A stretch of 64,000 bases of DNA from an uncultured Christensenella sp. (GTDB taxonomy: Bacteria; Bacillota; Clostridia; Christensenellales; UBA1242), in the NCBI GenBank assembly GCA_949282135.1, contig CASDOR010000015.1:8773-72772 (forward strand), given 5' to 3'. The position numbers and the translations under genes were made by a program. Below are positions 38,150 to 47,533 of this stretch, in pieces; the stretch's first letter is position 1; each line of letters starts with the position of its first letter. Under the pieces are notes generated by a model. It was not told where the DNA came from and did not search any database. It saw nothing but the letters and a program-made list of their open reading frames with translations.

Positions 38150-41131
38150 TCATTTACTTAAAATTATTTTTAGCTTTCTTTTTTTGTTTTTAACTAAACT
38201 TATATTTAAACTATTGTGACTCGCATCAAACACATATTCCCCTCGAATTTTAAACCTCTTCATGTTTTTTGGAAGTACTAAAGTTAAATTTCTATCTTTT
38301 AAAGAGTATAATTCTAATTTTAAAACTCGCCTTTTAACATTTACAACCTCTTGAACTTTTAATGCACTATCAACAGAGTAGTTGCTTAATTTTAGCTTAC
38401 TAAAACCTTCTAGAAATGCCCCATTAATGTACAGTTTATTACTTGTACTAGATAAAAACATATTATAAATAAGCCTTATAAATATGTAATTTTGAACAAA
38501 ACTAAACTCATTTTCATTTGCTTTACCAATTCTGCCCAGTCCAAAATTAAATATGTCATCATTTTGAAAAGTTAAATTTGATTTTAAAAAGACCTTTAAA
38601 AGAATGTTCATAATTGTGTTTCCGCTTTTTATGTCACCACACGTTAATAAAAGAAGCACAATTTTAAGCACCTCGCTAGACGAAAAACCTCCAACTGCCG
38701 ACATAAATACAAATTTTGCACTATTACCAACAACCATGTCATAATCACTTGTCGTATCAATTTTTCTCACACCAAAATTAAACGGAAAAAGAAAGTCAAT
38801 CTCGCAATTTGTGCTTTTAGGCGATATTAGATTTGTTTGATATTCCTTTATAATCCCACCGCTTGAAACCTCAAGACTAGGAATTGCCTGCAACTTTTTG
38901 TCTAGAGAGTCATCATAACCTTTATGCAGTATCTCAAGACATTTTTTATAAATCACAAACACAACCCTCGCACTTGCAAAGTCACTAGCAAGACTATGTG
39001 CGAGCTTATTTCCCGTATCACGACATAAATTATTTCCTAAAACACCAAAGCTAGACTCATACGTACCTGTTACGCTTTTTGTAAAAAAGTTGTTGTAAAA
39101 TTCATATACCCCTCTAACAAAATCAAAAGAAAGACCAAGTATTTCCTCGTCACCAGTTACTTTAAAGTATTCATATATAAGAAGCACAATAAGACTAGCC
39201 CCATTTTTATCTAGCACCAAAAGGTCATCTGTACCTTTTAATAAATACACCCCATTCTTATCATACAAATTTTTTGATACAATTCTATATTTGTCTGTGT
39301 TTTTTACAATGTCTAAAATATATTCTTTAATAAACCCTGTCTCGTCTTTTTTTGTATAAAGCAAACTTAAAAGCGAATAAACCGCATCAACATAGTTTAC
39401 TTTATTAAAAGAAAAATTTTTAAACACCCCATTTTCCTTCCTCAAACTCTTCTCTTCATTATGAGCACCAACATTTTCTTCCCCCAAGCTCTCCTTGTTA
39501 CCACTTAAACCACCATTTTCATTAGTTAAACCACCAGTTTTACCATCTAAACAACCATTTTCATTAGAAAAAGTACATTTTTTATCACTTAAATTAGCTT
39601 TTTTTTCATTTAAGCTAGGTCTTTCATTAGCAAAACCACCATTTTCAGCATAAAAACCACAACTTCCTCCGCCTAAACCACCAGTTTTACCATCTAAACC
39701 ACCAATTCTAGCACAAAAATCACCATTTGGATTTGATAAACCACCATTTTTCTTGTCTAAACAGCCATTTTTACCATCTAAACCATCATTTTCGCTATCT
39801 AAACCACCAATTCCAGCACAAAAATCACCGTTTTTATTTGATAAATTACAATTTTTATCACTTAAATTAGCTTTTTGCTCATTTAAACCAGCATTTTCAT
39901 CAAAAAAGTAGTCATATTTTGTAGCCTTTATAATAAAAGGCAAAAGATTTAAAAGTGAACAAGAATAATTAAATATGTTTTTTATTAAGTTTGTAGGCAC
40001 TTGCCCCTGCTTAAAAAGGAAGATTTGTTCTTCTATGCTCCTATCTTGATTTTTCAAAAAAAATTCAACTTGAGTATTCTTAACTTCCTTTTCTTGATTT
40101 TCTTTTTGACCTGCTTTAAAATAAGGCACACTTAGATTTAAAACCGAGCTAGTAGAGCCCTCTATCTGAAAACCATTTTTATTAGTTACTATTTCTCCGT
40201 CAGTTTTAAGACTAAGTACAAGGGCAACATTGCCATCAAAAATCTTAAACTCGTTTCTACCATTATGTTCTATTTTTATATCTTCACGTTCTTCTATCTC
40301 AAACCTAAAGCTACATTTTTTGTTTTTAGAAGTAATCTTAATAAAGAGGTTATTTTGATAAACATAAACCTTTCTAAATATTTCATTTTCATCTAAAGAA
40401 GCAAGCGTGTTTATAGACGCGTCTTTAGTATCTAAAACCCTTCTATAATTTGAGGCAATCCCCATGTCTTGTATCTCAATTTTAAAATTTACATACCTAA
40501 CATTGTAATCCTTTGTAATATAAGTGTGATTACTAAAAGCTTTAACAAACTCCTCTATCTTGCCAAATTCTTTATTTTGATAAAAACTTTCAAGCATCTT
40601 AAACTTGCTAGTTTTATCATTTTTTTGCATCCCTTTTTCATTTAAACTATTTTCATTTTCTATATTTTTTTCGAAACTTTCACCTAAACTAGCCTTGTTT
40701 TCACCTATATTTGTTTCATTACCGTTACAAGTATCTTGTTTACTTGTTTTATTATGAGTTAAATTTGTAGCACTACTACTAAATTCTACCTCTCTACTAG
40801 TTATATTTATGCTTTCATTTTGCTTTAAAGTTGCTACTCTTTCACTTGCGTTTGTCTGAGATTCTGCTTCACTTAAAATTGTTTCAATTTGAGTTTTACT
40901 TAAGTCCGTTTGAGTTTTTGCTAATTTTGTTTCACATACTCCTATGCTACTTTGTTCAAAACTCGCTTCACCCTTGGAAGCTACTTTTGATAAATAATAT
41001 ACTTCAATCTCGTCCTTTTTTGCGTAGTTTGTAGAACAAACTATTAAGTCCTCACTCCCACAAAAAAGTGCGTCATTATGACTTGCACTTGGACTAACAA
41101 AAAAAATTTCATTTCCTCTTCGTCTTTTCAA
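38150..41131 (-). CDS. Highly diverged GH95 (alpha-1,2-L-fucosidase)-like protein with low-complexity insertions
   Basis: Colinear echoes of GH95 motifs: YRRVLD; YEYFKVTGD.E.L...EFY..F; GIIKEY; GFS; NMFLSS...LYI..A. Confidence 0.55.
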   Translation of the reverse strand: MKRRRGNEIFFVSPSASHNDALFCGSEDLIVCSTNYAKKDEIEVYYLSKVASKGEASFEQSSIGVCETKLAKTQTDLSKTQIETILSEAESQTNASERVATLKQNESINITSREVEFSSSATNLTHNKTSKQDTCNGNETNIGENKASLGESFEKNIENENSLNEKGMQKNDKTSKFKMLESFYQNKEFGKIEEFVKAFSNHTYITKDYNVRYVNFKIEIQDMGIASNYRRVLDTKDASINTLASLDENEIFRKVYVYQNNLFIKITSKNKKCSFRFEIEEREDIKIEHNGRNEFKIFDGNVALVLSLKTDGEIVTNKNGFQIEGSTSSVLNLSVPYFKAGQKENQEKEVKNTQVEFFLKNQDRSIEEQIFLFKQGQVPTNLIKNIFNYSCSLLNLLPFIIKATKYDYFFDENAGLNEQKANLSDKNCNLSNKNGDFCAGIGGLDSENDGLDGKNGCLDKKNGGLSNPNGDFCARIGGLDGKTGGLGGGSCGFYAENGGFANERPSLNEKKANLSDKKCTFSNENGCLDGKTGGLTNENGGLSGNKESLGEENVGAHNEEKSLRKENGVFKNFSFNKVNYVDAVYSLLSLLYTKKDETGFIKEYILDIVKNTDKYRIVSKNLYDKNGVYLLKGTDDLLVLDKNGASLIVLLIYEYFKVTGDEEILGLSFDFVRGVYEFYNNFFTKSVTGTYESSFGVLGNNLCRDTGNKLAHSLASDFASARVVFVIYKKCLEILHKGYDDSLDKKLQAIPSLEVSSGGIIKEYQTNLISPKSTNCEIDFLFPFNFGVRKIDTTSDYDMVVGNSAKFVFMSAVGGFSSSEVLKIVLLLLTCGDIKSGNTIMNILLKVFLKSNLTFQNDDIFNFGLGRIGKANENEFSFVQNYIFIRLIYNMFLSSTSNKLYINGAFLEGFSKLKLSNYSVDSALKVQEVVNVKRRVLKLELYSLKDRNLTLVLPKNMKRFKIRGEYVFDASHNSLNISLVKNKKRKLKIILSK

Positions 41132-41329
41132 AAAATATACCTCTTTTAAGTATATTTTATGTTGAATTCTACTATTTATTTACCAAAATAAAACTATAAA
41201 GCTTCAAAACTTTTAACTAAAATAAACTTCTATTTATGCTTTCCCTTTCCCTCGTCCGTTTTTGCTACACCTATCCTTTAAAAAATAACAACTTAAAAAA
41301 ACATTCACCCTAATTGCCATTTTAAAAGA

Positions 41330-41540
41330 CAAATCAAAAGTTGTCTTTTTTAAATGATACACCCATCATTATTGCTTAAAAATAGACAAACTTTTAAACC
41401 TATTCCTTATCTATTTTGCTATAAAGCATTACAAAAGTTGTCTTTTATAATGCAAGCTACTAATAAATTCACCACATTTTCCGTTTAAAAAAAACAAATC
41501 AAAAGTTGTCTTTTTTAAATGATACACCCATCATTATCAC
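41330..41540. repeat. Local direct duplication (AAATCAAAAGTTGTCTTTTTTAAATGATACACCCATCATTAT twice)
   Basis: Copies at ~41330 and ~41495. Confidence 0.8.
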
Positions 41541-41589
41541 CTAAAAAAACTCCTAAATTAATTTCTTAACTATTTTGCTATAGAGTATT

Positions 41590-41901
41590 TCATAACGCAA
41601 GCCGTTCAAAAAAATAGTGTTTTTTATCTTCGTCAAGTTTTACTTCGCTAAAAACTTTTCTCAAAAACACTTTATCATTTTCACTTAAAAAAAGACTTTC
41701 AAGTGCAACCGTTTTCTTGAGTCCTACCCCACCATTTTTACCCATACGAGTAAAAGTAGGAATCCCGGCACTCTCTAGTTCGTCAAGATACCTATAAACA
41801 CTTCTTGTAGAAATCTCAAACTTATCTGCCAAAACTCTTGCTGGCACAATGTCATATCTTCCAAGTTCAAGTAAAATTGCAAACGTTAAATATTTCTTCA
41901 T
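41590..41901 (-). CDS. HTH_11 (YafY-like) regulator lacking a WYL domain
   Basis: A..LADKFEISTRSVYRYLDEL..AGIP.....GKNGG. Confidence 0.85.
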   Translation of the reverse strand: MKKYLTFAILLELGRYDIVPARVLADKFEISTRSVYRYLDELESAGIPTFTRMGKNGGVGLKKTVALESLFLSENDKVFLRKVFSEVKLDEDKKHYFFERLAL

Positions 41902-42114
41902 CCTCTTCCCACACTCTCCTAGCTTGAAATTTTTTCTTTAGTAGACTTTTTTACCTAAAACTCAAATTTTAGTAAAAACGAAACTTTTGATTTGTTTAAT
42001 AAAGGTCTCAGGTAAATCACTTTTACAAAATAAGTTTATCTAGCCACCTTTTGTATTTAATTATAAAACTACTCAATTTTTCTCCTCTCCTATTTAATAA
42101 AATATTTGTTTTAT

Positions 42115-42128
42115 CGAACATTTGTTCT
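42115..42128. promoter_or_regulatory. Firmicute LexA (SOS/Cheo) box
   Basis: CGAACATTTGTTCT matches GAAC-N4-GTTC. Confidence 0.65.
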
Positions 42129-42176
42129 ATAAAAGTTTTTTAAAAAAAGGGAAAACACCCCTCTTTTGTTTATTTT

Positions 42177-42206
42177 ATTATATCACCCTAAAAAAAAGAA
42201 TGTCAA
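42177..42206 (-). promoter_or_regulatory. Consensus sigma-A promoter upstream of the HTH gene
   Basis: TTGACA-18bp-TATAAT with TGn extension. Confidence 0.75.
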
Positions 42207-42473
42207 TTAATTTTATTATTAATATAAAAAAACTTTTTTTAGCTTGCTTATTTTATTATTGTTAACTTTGTAAAAACTTTCTTTTGTTTGTTTTTAATTA
42301 TATTCCTAAACATTTTCCTTCTTTTTACTTATTTTTTTGCTCGCACTAACAAGCAAAAACTCATACAAATAACAATATAAAAGTTGGTCTCCCTCTTTTT
42401 AAATGCTCAACGAATACGTGTGATAAAGGCCGCTAGACTATAATTGTAGAGTCATAGACGTGTAGATAAAACT

Positions 42474-42677
42474 GGTAGACCCGTAGTGCCGATAGACTCG
42501 TAGTACCAATAGACTCGTAGTGCCGATAGACTCGTAGTGCCGATAGACTCGTAATGTCGGTAGACTTGTGTAGAATTAGTAGTTATGTGTTGAGTCGGTA
42601 GACTCGTAGTTGAGTCGGTAGATTTGTGTAGTATTAGTAGTTATGTTTTGAGTCGGTAGACTTGTAGTGTCGGTAGT
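42474..42677. repeat. 17-bp tandem repeat (TAGACTCGTAGTGCCGA), degenerating rightwards
   Basis: Directly visible; G-rich on +, unlike its surroundings. Confidence 0.85.
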
Positions 42678-42883
42678 CTCTTTTCAAAAAATAAAATGGC
42701 TTTATGCTTGCGTTAAAACTTTAATTGCATTAGAACAGAAAACACCGTGTGAAGACCAAAGAGTTGTAAACAATTATGAAGAAATAATGGAAGACATTTT
42801 TTGTTATATTGAAAAAGTTGAAAACGAGGAAAAATATTTATTTTAGTTTGTTCCTCTTGACATTTATGGGGCTTAATAATTAA

Positions 42884-42914
42884 AAAAGGAGTAGTCGTTA
42901 TTGACTACTCCTTT
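42884..42914. terminator. Bidirectional terminator
   Basis: AAAGGAGTAGTC-gttatt-GACTACTCCTTT. Confidence 0.75.
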
Positions 42915-43046
42915 GGGTTATAGTTCGTATGTGTTTTGTTAAAACTGACACACTGCGTTATACAGTTTGACAATCCGTTTAACTTTGAAAGTAATTCAAA
43001 AAGATTTTCGCCGTTATCAGCTTTTATTTGACCACTCTTTTGAATT

Positions 43047-43436
43047 TTACATTTTACTTAAAATGTTTTTCTTTTCTTTTTCATATTCTTCTTTTGATAT
43101 AACGCCTCTATTTTGCAAGTCGTTCAAATATGTTAATTGTTCTGTCGTGCTTTGTTTTGGGCTTTCATTTTCTAAGTGACTATTTATTTTTTCTAACTCA
43201 CAAACTTTCAAAATATGAACTATCAAAAATGAAATAAAGGTGCTAAAACTAAGTAAAACAGTGGCTGATGCAATATAAAAATATATTGCATCTTGTTCGT
43301 GGTTCACGCTAAGAATAATGCCACCACATAACAAAAATACGCTAACAAATAATGTTAACGCAAACAAAATGATAATTGTTGTTTCAACAAACTTTCGTGA
43401 AATTATGCGATTGCTAGGTTGCCCATTCTTACTCAT
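43047..43436 (-). CDS. Two-TM SHOCT-domain protein
   Basis: L..L.DL...GVISKEEYEKEKK.IL C-terminus. Confidence 0.85.
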   Translation of the reverse strand: MSKNGQPSNRIISRKFVETTIIILFALTLFVSVFLLCGGIILSVNHEQDAIYFYIASATVLLSFSTFISFLIVHILKVCELEKINSHLENESPKQSTTEQLTYLNDLQNRGVISKEEYEKEKKNILSKM

Positions 43437-43636
43437 TTTTTACCTCCGCGACTTAAAATTTCTGTTTTTTTCTCATTGTATTCTTGTTCAGTTATTAAGC
43501 CCTTTTCTCTAAGTTCGTTTAATTCTGCAAGCGGGTTTTCGCCTTTTGATGATTTCTTTGTCCACACCTTTGCTGCAATTAAAACGATTGCTGTGACCAA
43601 AACTGCCACACCGAACGCGAAAAATGCGTATATCAT
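43433..43636 (-). CDS. Single-TM SHOCT-domain protein
   Basis: L.EL.EKGLITEQEYNEKK.EIL; GGAGG SD. Confidence 0.85.
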   Translation of the reverse strand: MIYAFFAFGVAVLVTAIVLIAAKVWTKKSSKGENPLAELNELREKGLITEQEYNEKKTEILSRGGKK

Positions 43637-43749
43637 TTTTACCTCCTATTTCCATTAAAACTTAAAAAAATATATTAGTCCAATTGGAGTGCACCCCAAA
43701 ACTAGCTTAGTATTTTGTAAGACCTTTTGTGTCCATATTTTTAATTAGA

Positions 43750-45168
43750 TTATGCGTTATCCTTTGAAACAACAATATCACTTTCTTGTATGGTGTAAGC
43801 ATCAAGTTGTTCTAAACTTTCTTCCTCTCCTCTTTCAACAACAAACGCAACACTATCACCTACTCTTAATCTCACCGCAAATTCGTTTAAGTCGTACGAA
43901 AGTTTAAAATCAACTTGCCACGAACTTCCGTCTAAACGCGTCACCACCGCGCCAACTATTTTATCTTGAACTTTTACACCCATTTTATCTGCCACACTAC
44001 CGCTTGTAACCTCTGTTACCTCAGCATCAACCGACAGTGTAGTAATCCCTGTAGTCTCGTCATAGTCACTGCTTGAATTAGTTGTTCTATCTAGCATCAC
44101 ACCAAATACAACTTTCCTAACGCCAACACTTTCTCCGTTTCCGCTCTCATAACTTTCAATTATATTTTTGCTAACCGCCTCGGCTAAGTTTGAATAAATT
44201 GCATTCCCCAGACCTTCGTAGCCTACTGCCATGTATTTTGCGTTTGCAATTCCAACGAGTTCTCCTGACATGTTGAAAACACCACCGCCGCTGTTACCTT
44301 TGTTAATTGATGCATCAAGCCTAAACCCTATTGTTACTCTTGTCTCACCTGCGACATTTACGGTAGTAATTTCATTTACTTTACTTATAACTCCCTGCGT
44401 TATTGAAAGCAAATTGCCCTTTGCATTTCCAATAGCAACCACTTCTTCACCAAGATGAATTTCACTCGAATCTCCAAAGGTCGCAGGAATTATGTCTCTG
44501 TTTTCTATCTTTTCAAATTCTTCACCACTCACCTTTAACACTGCAAGGTCATACTCGGCACTGCCACCAATGTAACTAGCTTTAAAACCGTCATTATAAA
44601 GGTTTTGCGTCTTATCCTCGTCCACTGTCAAGTTTTCATATCCATATGTATAACAATAAATTTCATTCCCAATTTCATAAACATAATTGTTATTTACTAC
44701 TTTTTGAGTCACAACAACGTGATAATTGGTCAGAATATAAGCATAATTCTCTTCTTTATTTAACTCAATAACTACACCACTTCCGCAAGAAAAATAGCCA
44801 ACTTGGTCTGTCGGAATAAAGATTGATACAACAGAGTTAATACATTTATTAGCCACTTCCTCTACAGTCGTGTCAGACGAAGCTAAGAAGTAATCTTTTA
44901 GAAACTCCTCATACCCTTCCTTGGTATTTTCATATAAACCAAATTCTACAGCCTTTTCAAAAAGACTTTCAGCAGTAAGCTCTCCATCTTCACCATCCAC
45001 CCCATTACTGCCCTCTAAACTTTCAAGCCACTCCTCTTCAGTACCAATAAAGCCATGTTCAACTGCAATATCATATGCACTTTTACCTGGTGCGTCAGTA
45101 CAAGCAAATAGAAATCCCCCACAAAGACATATAATTAAACTCATTATAATTGCTTTAAATTTTTTCAT
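43750..45168 (-). CDS. HtrA/S1C serine protease lipoprotein with PDZ domain
   Basis: Lipobox LFAC; TNYH, DLAVL, GNSGG triad; start MKKFK at 45168. Confidence 0.9.
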   Translation of the reverse strand: MKKFKAIIMSLIICLCGGFLFACTDAPGKSAYDIAVEHGFIGTEEEWLESLEGSNGVDGEDGELTAESLFEKAVEFGLYENTKEGYEEFLKDYFLASSDTTVEEVANKCINSVVSIFIPTDQVGYFSCGSGVVIELNKEENYAYILTNYHVVVTQKVVNNNYVYEIGNEIYCYTYGYENLTVDEDKTQNLYNDGFKASYIGGSAEYDLAVLKVSGEEFEKIENRDIIPATFGDSSEIHLGEEVVAIGNAKGNLLSITQGVISKVNEITTVNVAGETRVTIGFRLDASINKGNSGGGVFNMSGELVGIANAKYMAVGYEGLGNAIYSNLAEAVSKNIIESYESGNGESVGVRKVVFGVMLDRTTNSSSDYDETTGITTLSVDAEVTEVTSGSVADKMGVKVQDKIVGAVVTRLDGSSWQVDFKLSYDLNEFAVRLRVGDSVAFVVERGEEESLEQLDAYTIQESDIVVSKDNA

Positions 45169-45223
45169 ATTCCCTTTGTCCTTTTTCTCTTGTTTGTTAG
45201 TCACTACTCCTGCTAAACTAGAC

Positions 45224-45314
45224 GGGCAGGGAAGCAAAATTTTTATTTCCATAAAAATTTTGAAAAAACTCCGTTTTTTTTAAAAGCTCTAAAGAGAGCT
45301 TTTCTTCCCTGCCC
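45224..45314. repeat. Four-way-junction element, copy 7 (compact)
   Basis: GGGCAGGGAAG/CTTCCCTGCCC outer stem plus three hairpins. Confidence 0.8.
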
Positions 45315-45574
45315 ACCCATAATTATATGGTTATGAAAATTTGTTTGACCCACCTTAAAACCTGCCCACCCATAATTATTATGTTTAAAATTAAATAAAT
45401 TTTTCTTCAAAAATAAAATTACATGAGCTACAACAAATTTTTAATGTAAACCTATATAAAAACCTAAAAAAACCCATACTTTTCTTTAACCTTAGCCTCT
45501 ACCTAAAACCTCGCCACCTTTAATGCCTCAAGCTCAAGCCTACAAAACCAAATCTGTTAAATGTCAGCCTCAAC

Positions 45575-45877
45575 AAAAAAAACTCGCCCCCTCTTCAAAG
45601 CTCGCCCCTCTTAAAAATTTGCCCATCTTTAAAAACTTGACTCCCTTTAAAAACTTGCCACCTTAGACCTGACCCTCTTAAAAGCTTGACCCCCTTAGAA
45701 GCTTGACCCTCTTAAAAATTTGCCCATCTTAAAAGCTTGCCCATCTTTAAAAACTTGACTCCCTTTAAAAACTTGCCACCTTAGACCTGACCCCCTTAGA
45801 AGCTTGACCCCCTTTAAAAACTTGCCACCTTAGACCTGACCCCTTAGAAGCTTGACCCCCTTAGAAGCTTGACCCCG
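45575..45877. repeat. ~15-17-bp tandem repeats (AGAAGCTTGACCCCCTT / AAAACTTGCCACCTT) downstream of recA
   Basis: Directly visible. Confidence 0.85.
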
Positions 45878-45878
45878 G

Positions 45879-47003
45879 TTAGTCTTTTGGAGTAGTATCT
45901 TTTGCAGTTTCAGTATCGTCATTCTTTCTAGTACCAAAAATAGGATATTTGCTATCTGCGTCAATGTATTCCTTAATCCCATTTTCAATAATCTCTTTAA
46001 TGTCAGGATGTCTATCGAGATAATTTTTTGCATTTTCTTTACCTTGCCCAATTTTGTCACCATTATAGGCAAACCATGCCCCACTCTTTTCAATCAAGCC
46101 ACATTCAACACCAAGGTCGAGTATGCATCCTGTATTTGACACACCTTTACCATAAATAATGTCAAAATCAGCACTCTTATATGGAGAAGCAAGTTTATTT
46201 TTGACAATCTTAATCCTTGTCCTATTACCAATAATCTCGCTTCCGTCTTTTATGGAATCAATTCTTCTAACGTCAAGCCTAATGCTCGCGTAAAACTTAA
46301 GTGCCTTACCACCAGCAGTAGTTTCAGGCGACCCAAACATAACCCCAACCTTATCTCTAAGTTGGTTAATGAAAATAACACACGTATTACTCTTGTTAAT
46401 GACTCCTGCAAGCTTTCTCATTGCCTGCGACATAAGACGTGCCTGAAGCCCAATAAAATTATCCCCCATTTCGCCATCAAGCTCTGCCTTAGGTGCAAGT
46501 GCCGCCACCGAGTCAATAACAATAATGTCAAACGCGTTACTCTGAATAAGTTCATCACAAATATCAAGTGCCTGCTCGCCGCTATCTGGCTGAGAAACAT
46601 AAAGTTCATCAAGGTCAACCCCAAGATTTTCAGCATAAATAGGGTCAAGTGCGTGCTCCGCATCAATAAATGCCGCCGTACCACCCATTTTTTGTGCCTC
46701 TGCTATAACGTGAAGTGCAACCGTCGTCTTACCGCTTGATTCTGGCCCATAAATTTCAGTAATCCTACCACGAGGAATCCCACCAATACCAGTAGCTATG
46801 TCAAGCACTAAGCACCCACTTGGAATAACATCCACCTTTTCGTGCTTTTGCTCCCCCATTTTCATGATAGCACCCTTACCAAACTCTTTTTCAATTTGAA
46901 GAATCGCCATTTGGGCACGTTTCATCTTTTCTTCTTTTGTCGTAGGCTTTGGCAGAACAGACCTCTCTTTGCCTTTCTTCTTGCTTTCTGTTTCATCACT
47001 CAT
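45879..47003 (-). CDS. recA: Recombinase A
   Basis: [42 protein letters not shown]. Confidence 0.99.
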   Translation of the reverse strand: MSDETESKKKGKERSVLPKPTTKEEKMKRAQMAILQIEKEFGKGAIMKMGEQKHEKVDVIPSGCLVLDIATGIGGIPRGRITEIYGPESSGKTTVALHVIAEAQKMGGTAAFIDAEHALDPIYAENLGVDLDELYVSQPDSGEQALDICDELIQSNAFDIIVIDSVAALAPKAELDGEMGDNFIGLQARLMSQAMRKLAGVINKSNTCVIFINQLRDKVGVMFGSPETTAGGKALKFYASIRLDVRRIDSIKDGSEIIGNRTRIKIVKNKLASPYKSADFDIIYGKGVSNTGCILDLGVECGLIEKSGAWFAYNGDKIGQGKENAKNYLDRHPDIKEIIENGIKEYIDADSKYPIFGTRKNDDTETAKDTTPKD

Positions 47004-47049
47004 ATTCTTTCTTCCTCACTCTTTTTTGTTAGTCACTTTTCCGTAACCC

Positions 47050-47079
47050 ATTATACAATACTTTCAAATATTTTGTAAA
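47050..47079 (-). promoter_or_regulatory. recA promoter
   Basis: TTTACA-18bp-TATAAT. Confidence 0.6.
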
Positions 47080-47119
47080 CATTTTAAAGGTCACTTTTGT
47101 AACTTGTACCTAAAAATCT

Positions 47120-47350
47120 AGCCGCTCACTTTTATAATTCACCTTTTTAAATGTAAATACTTACTTTTAAGACTCGCCCCTTAAAATGCAAATACTCACT
47201 TTTACTGCTCACCTCTTAGAAGTAAATATTCACTTTTACTGCTCGCCTCTTAAAATGTAAACACTCACTTTTACTGCTCGCCCCTTAAAATGTAAATACT
47301 CACTTTTATAATTCACCTCTTAAAACGTAAATACTCACTTTTACTGCTTA
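47120..47350. repeat. ~35-bp tandem repeat x6 (AAATACTCACTTTTACTGCTCGCCCCTTAAAATGT)
   Basis: Directly visible between parC and recA. Confidence 0.85.
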
Positions 47351-47533
47351 TATCTAAAAGACTAAAAGGTGGATTACAAATAATATTTTTTGTACCTAAA
47401 AAACTATCTTTTTCCTTTTATAACTTGCACCTAAAAACTGTCTGTTCACTTTTCTAGCCTGCACCTAAAAACTAAAAAGTCACTAAGTTATAAAAGCTAC
47501 AAAACCTACAAACTTTTTAAGCTCGCCTTTTCT

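Noticed and set aside
4702-45314. Cloverleaf elements as tRNAs or simple terminators
   Set aside because: No T-loop, D-loop or anticodon consensus and stems too long for tRNA; multi-branched, not consistently U-tailed and often not at gene 3' ends
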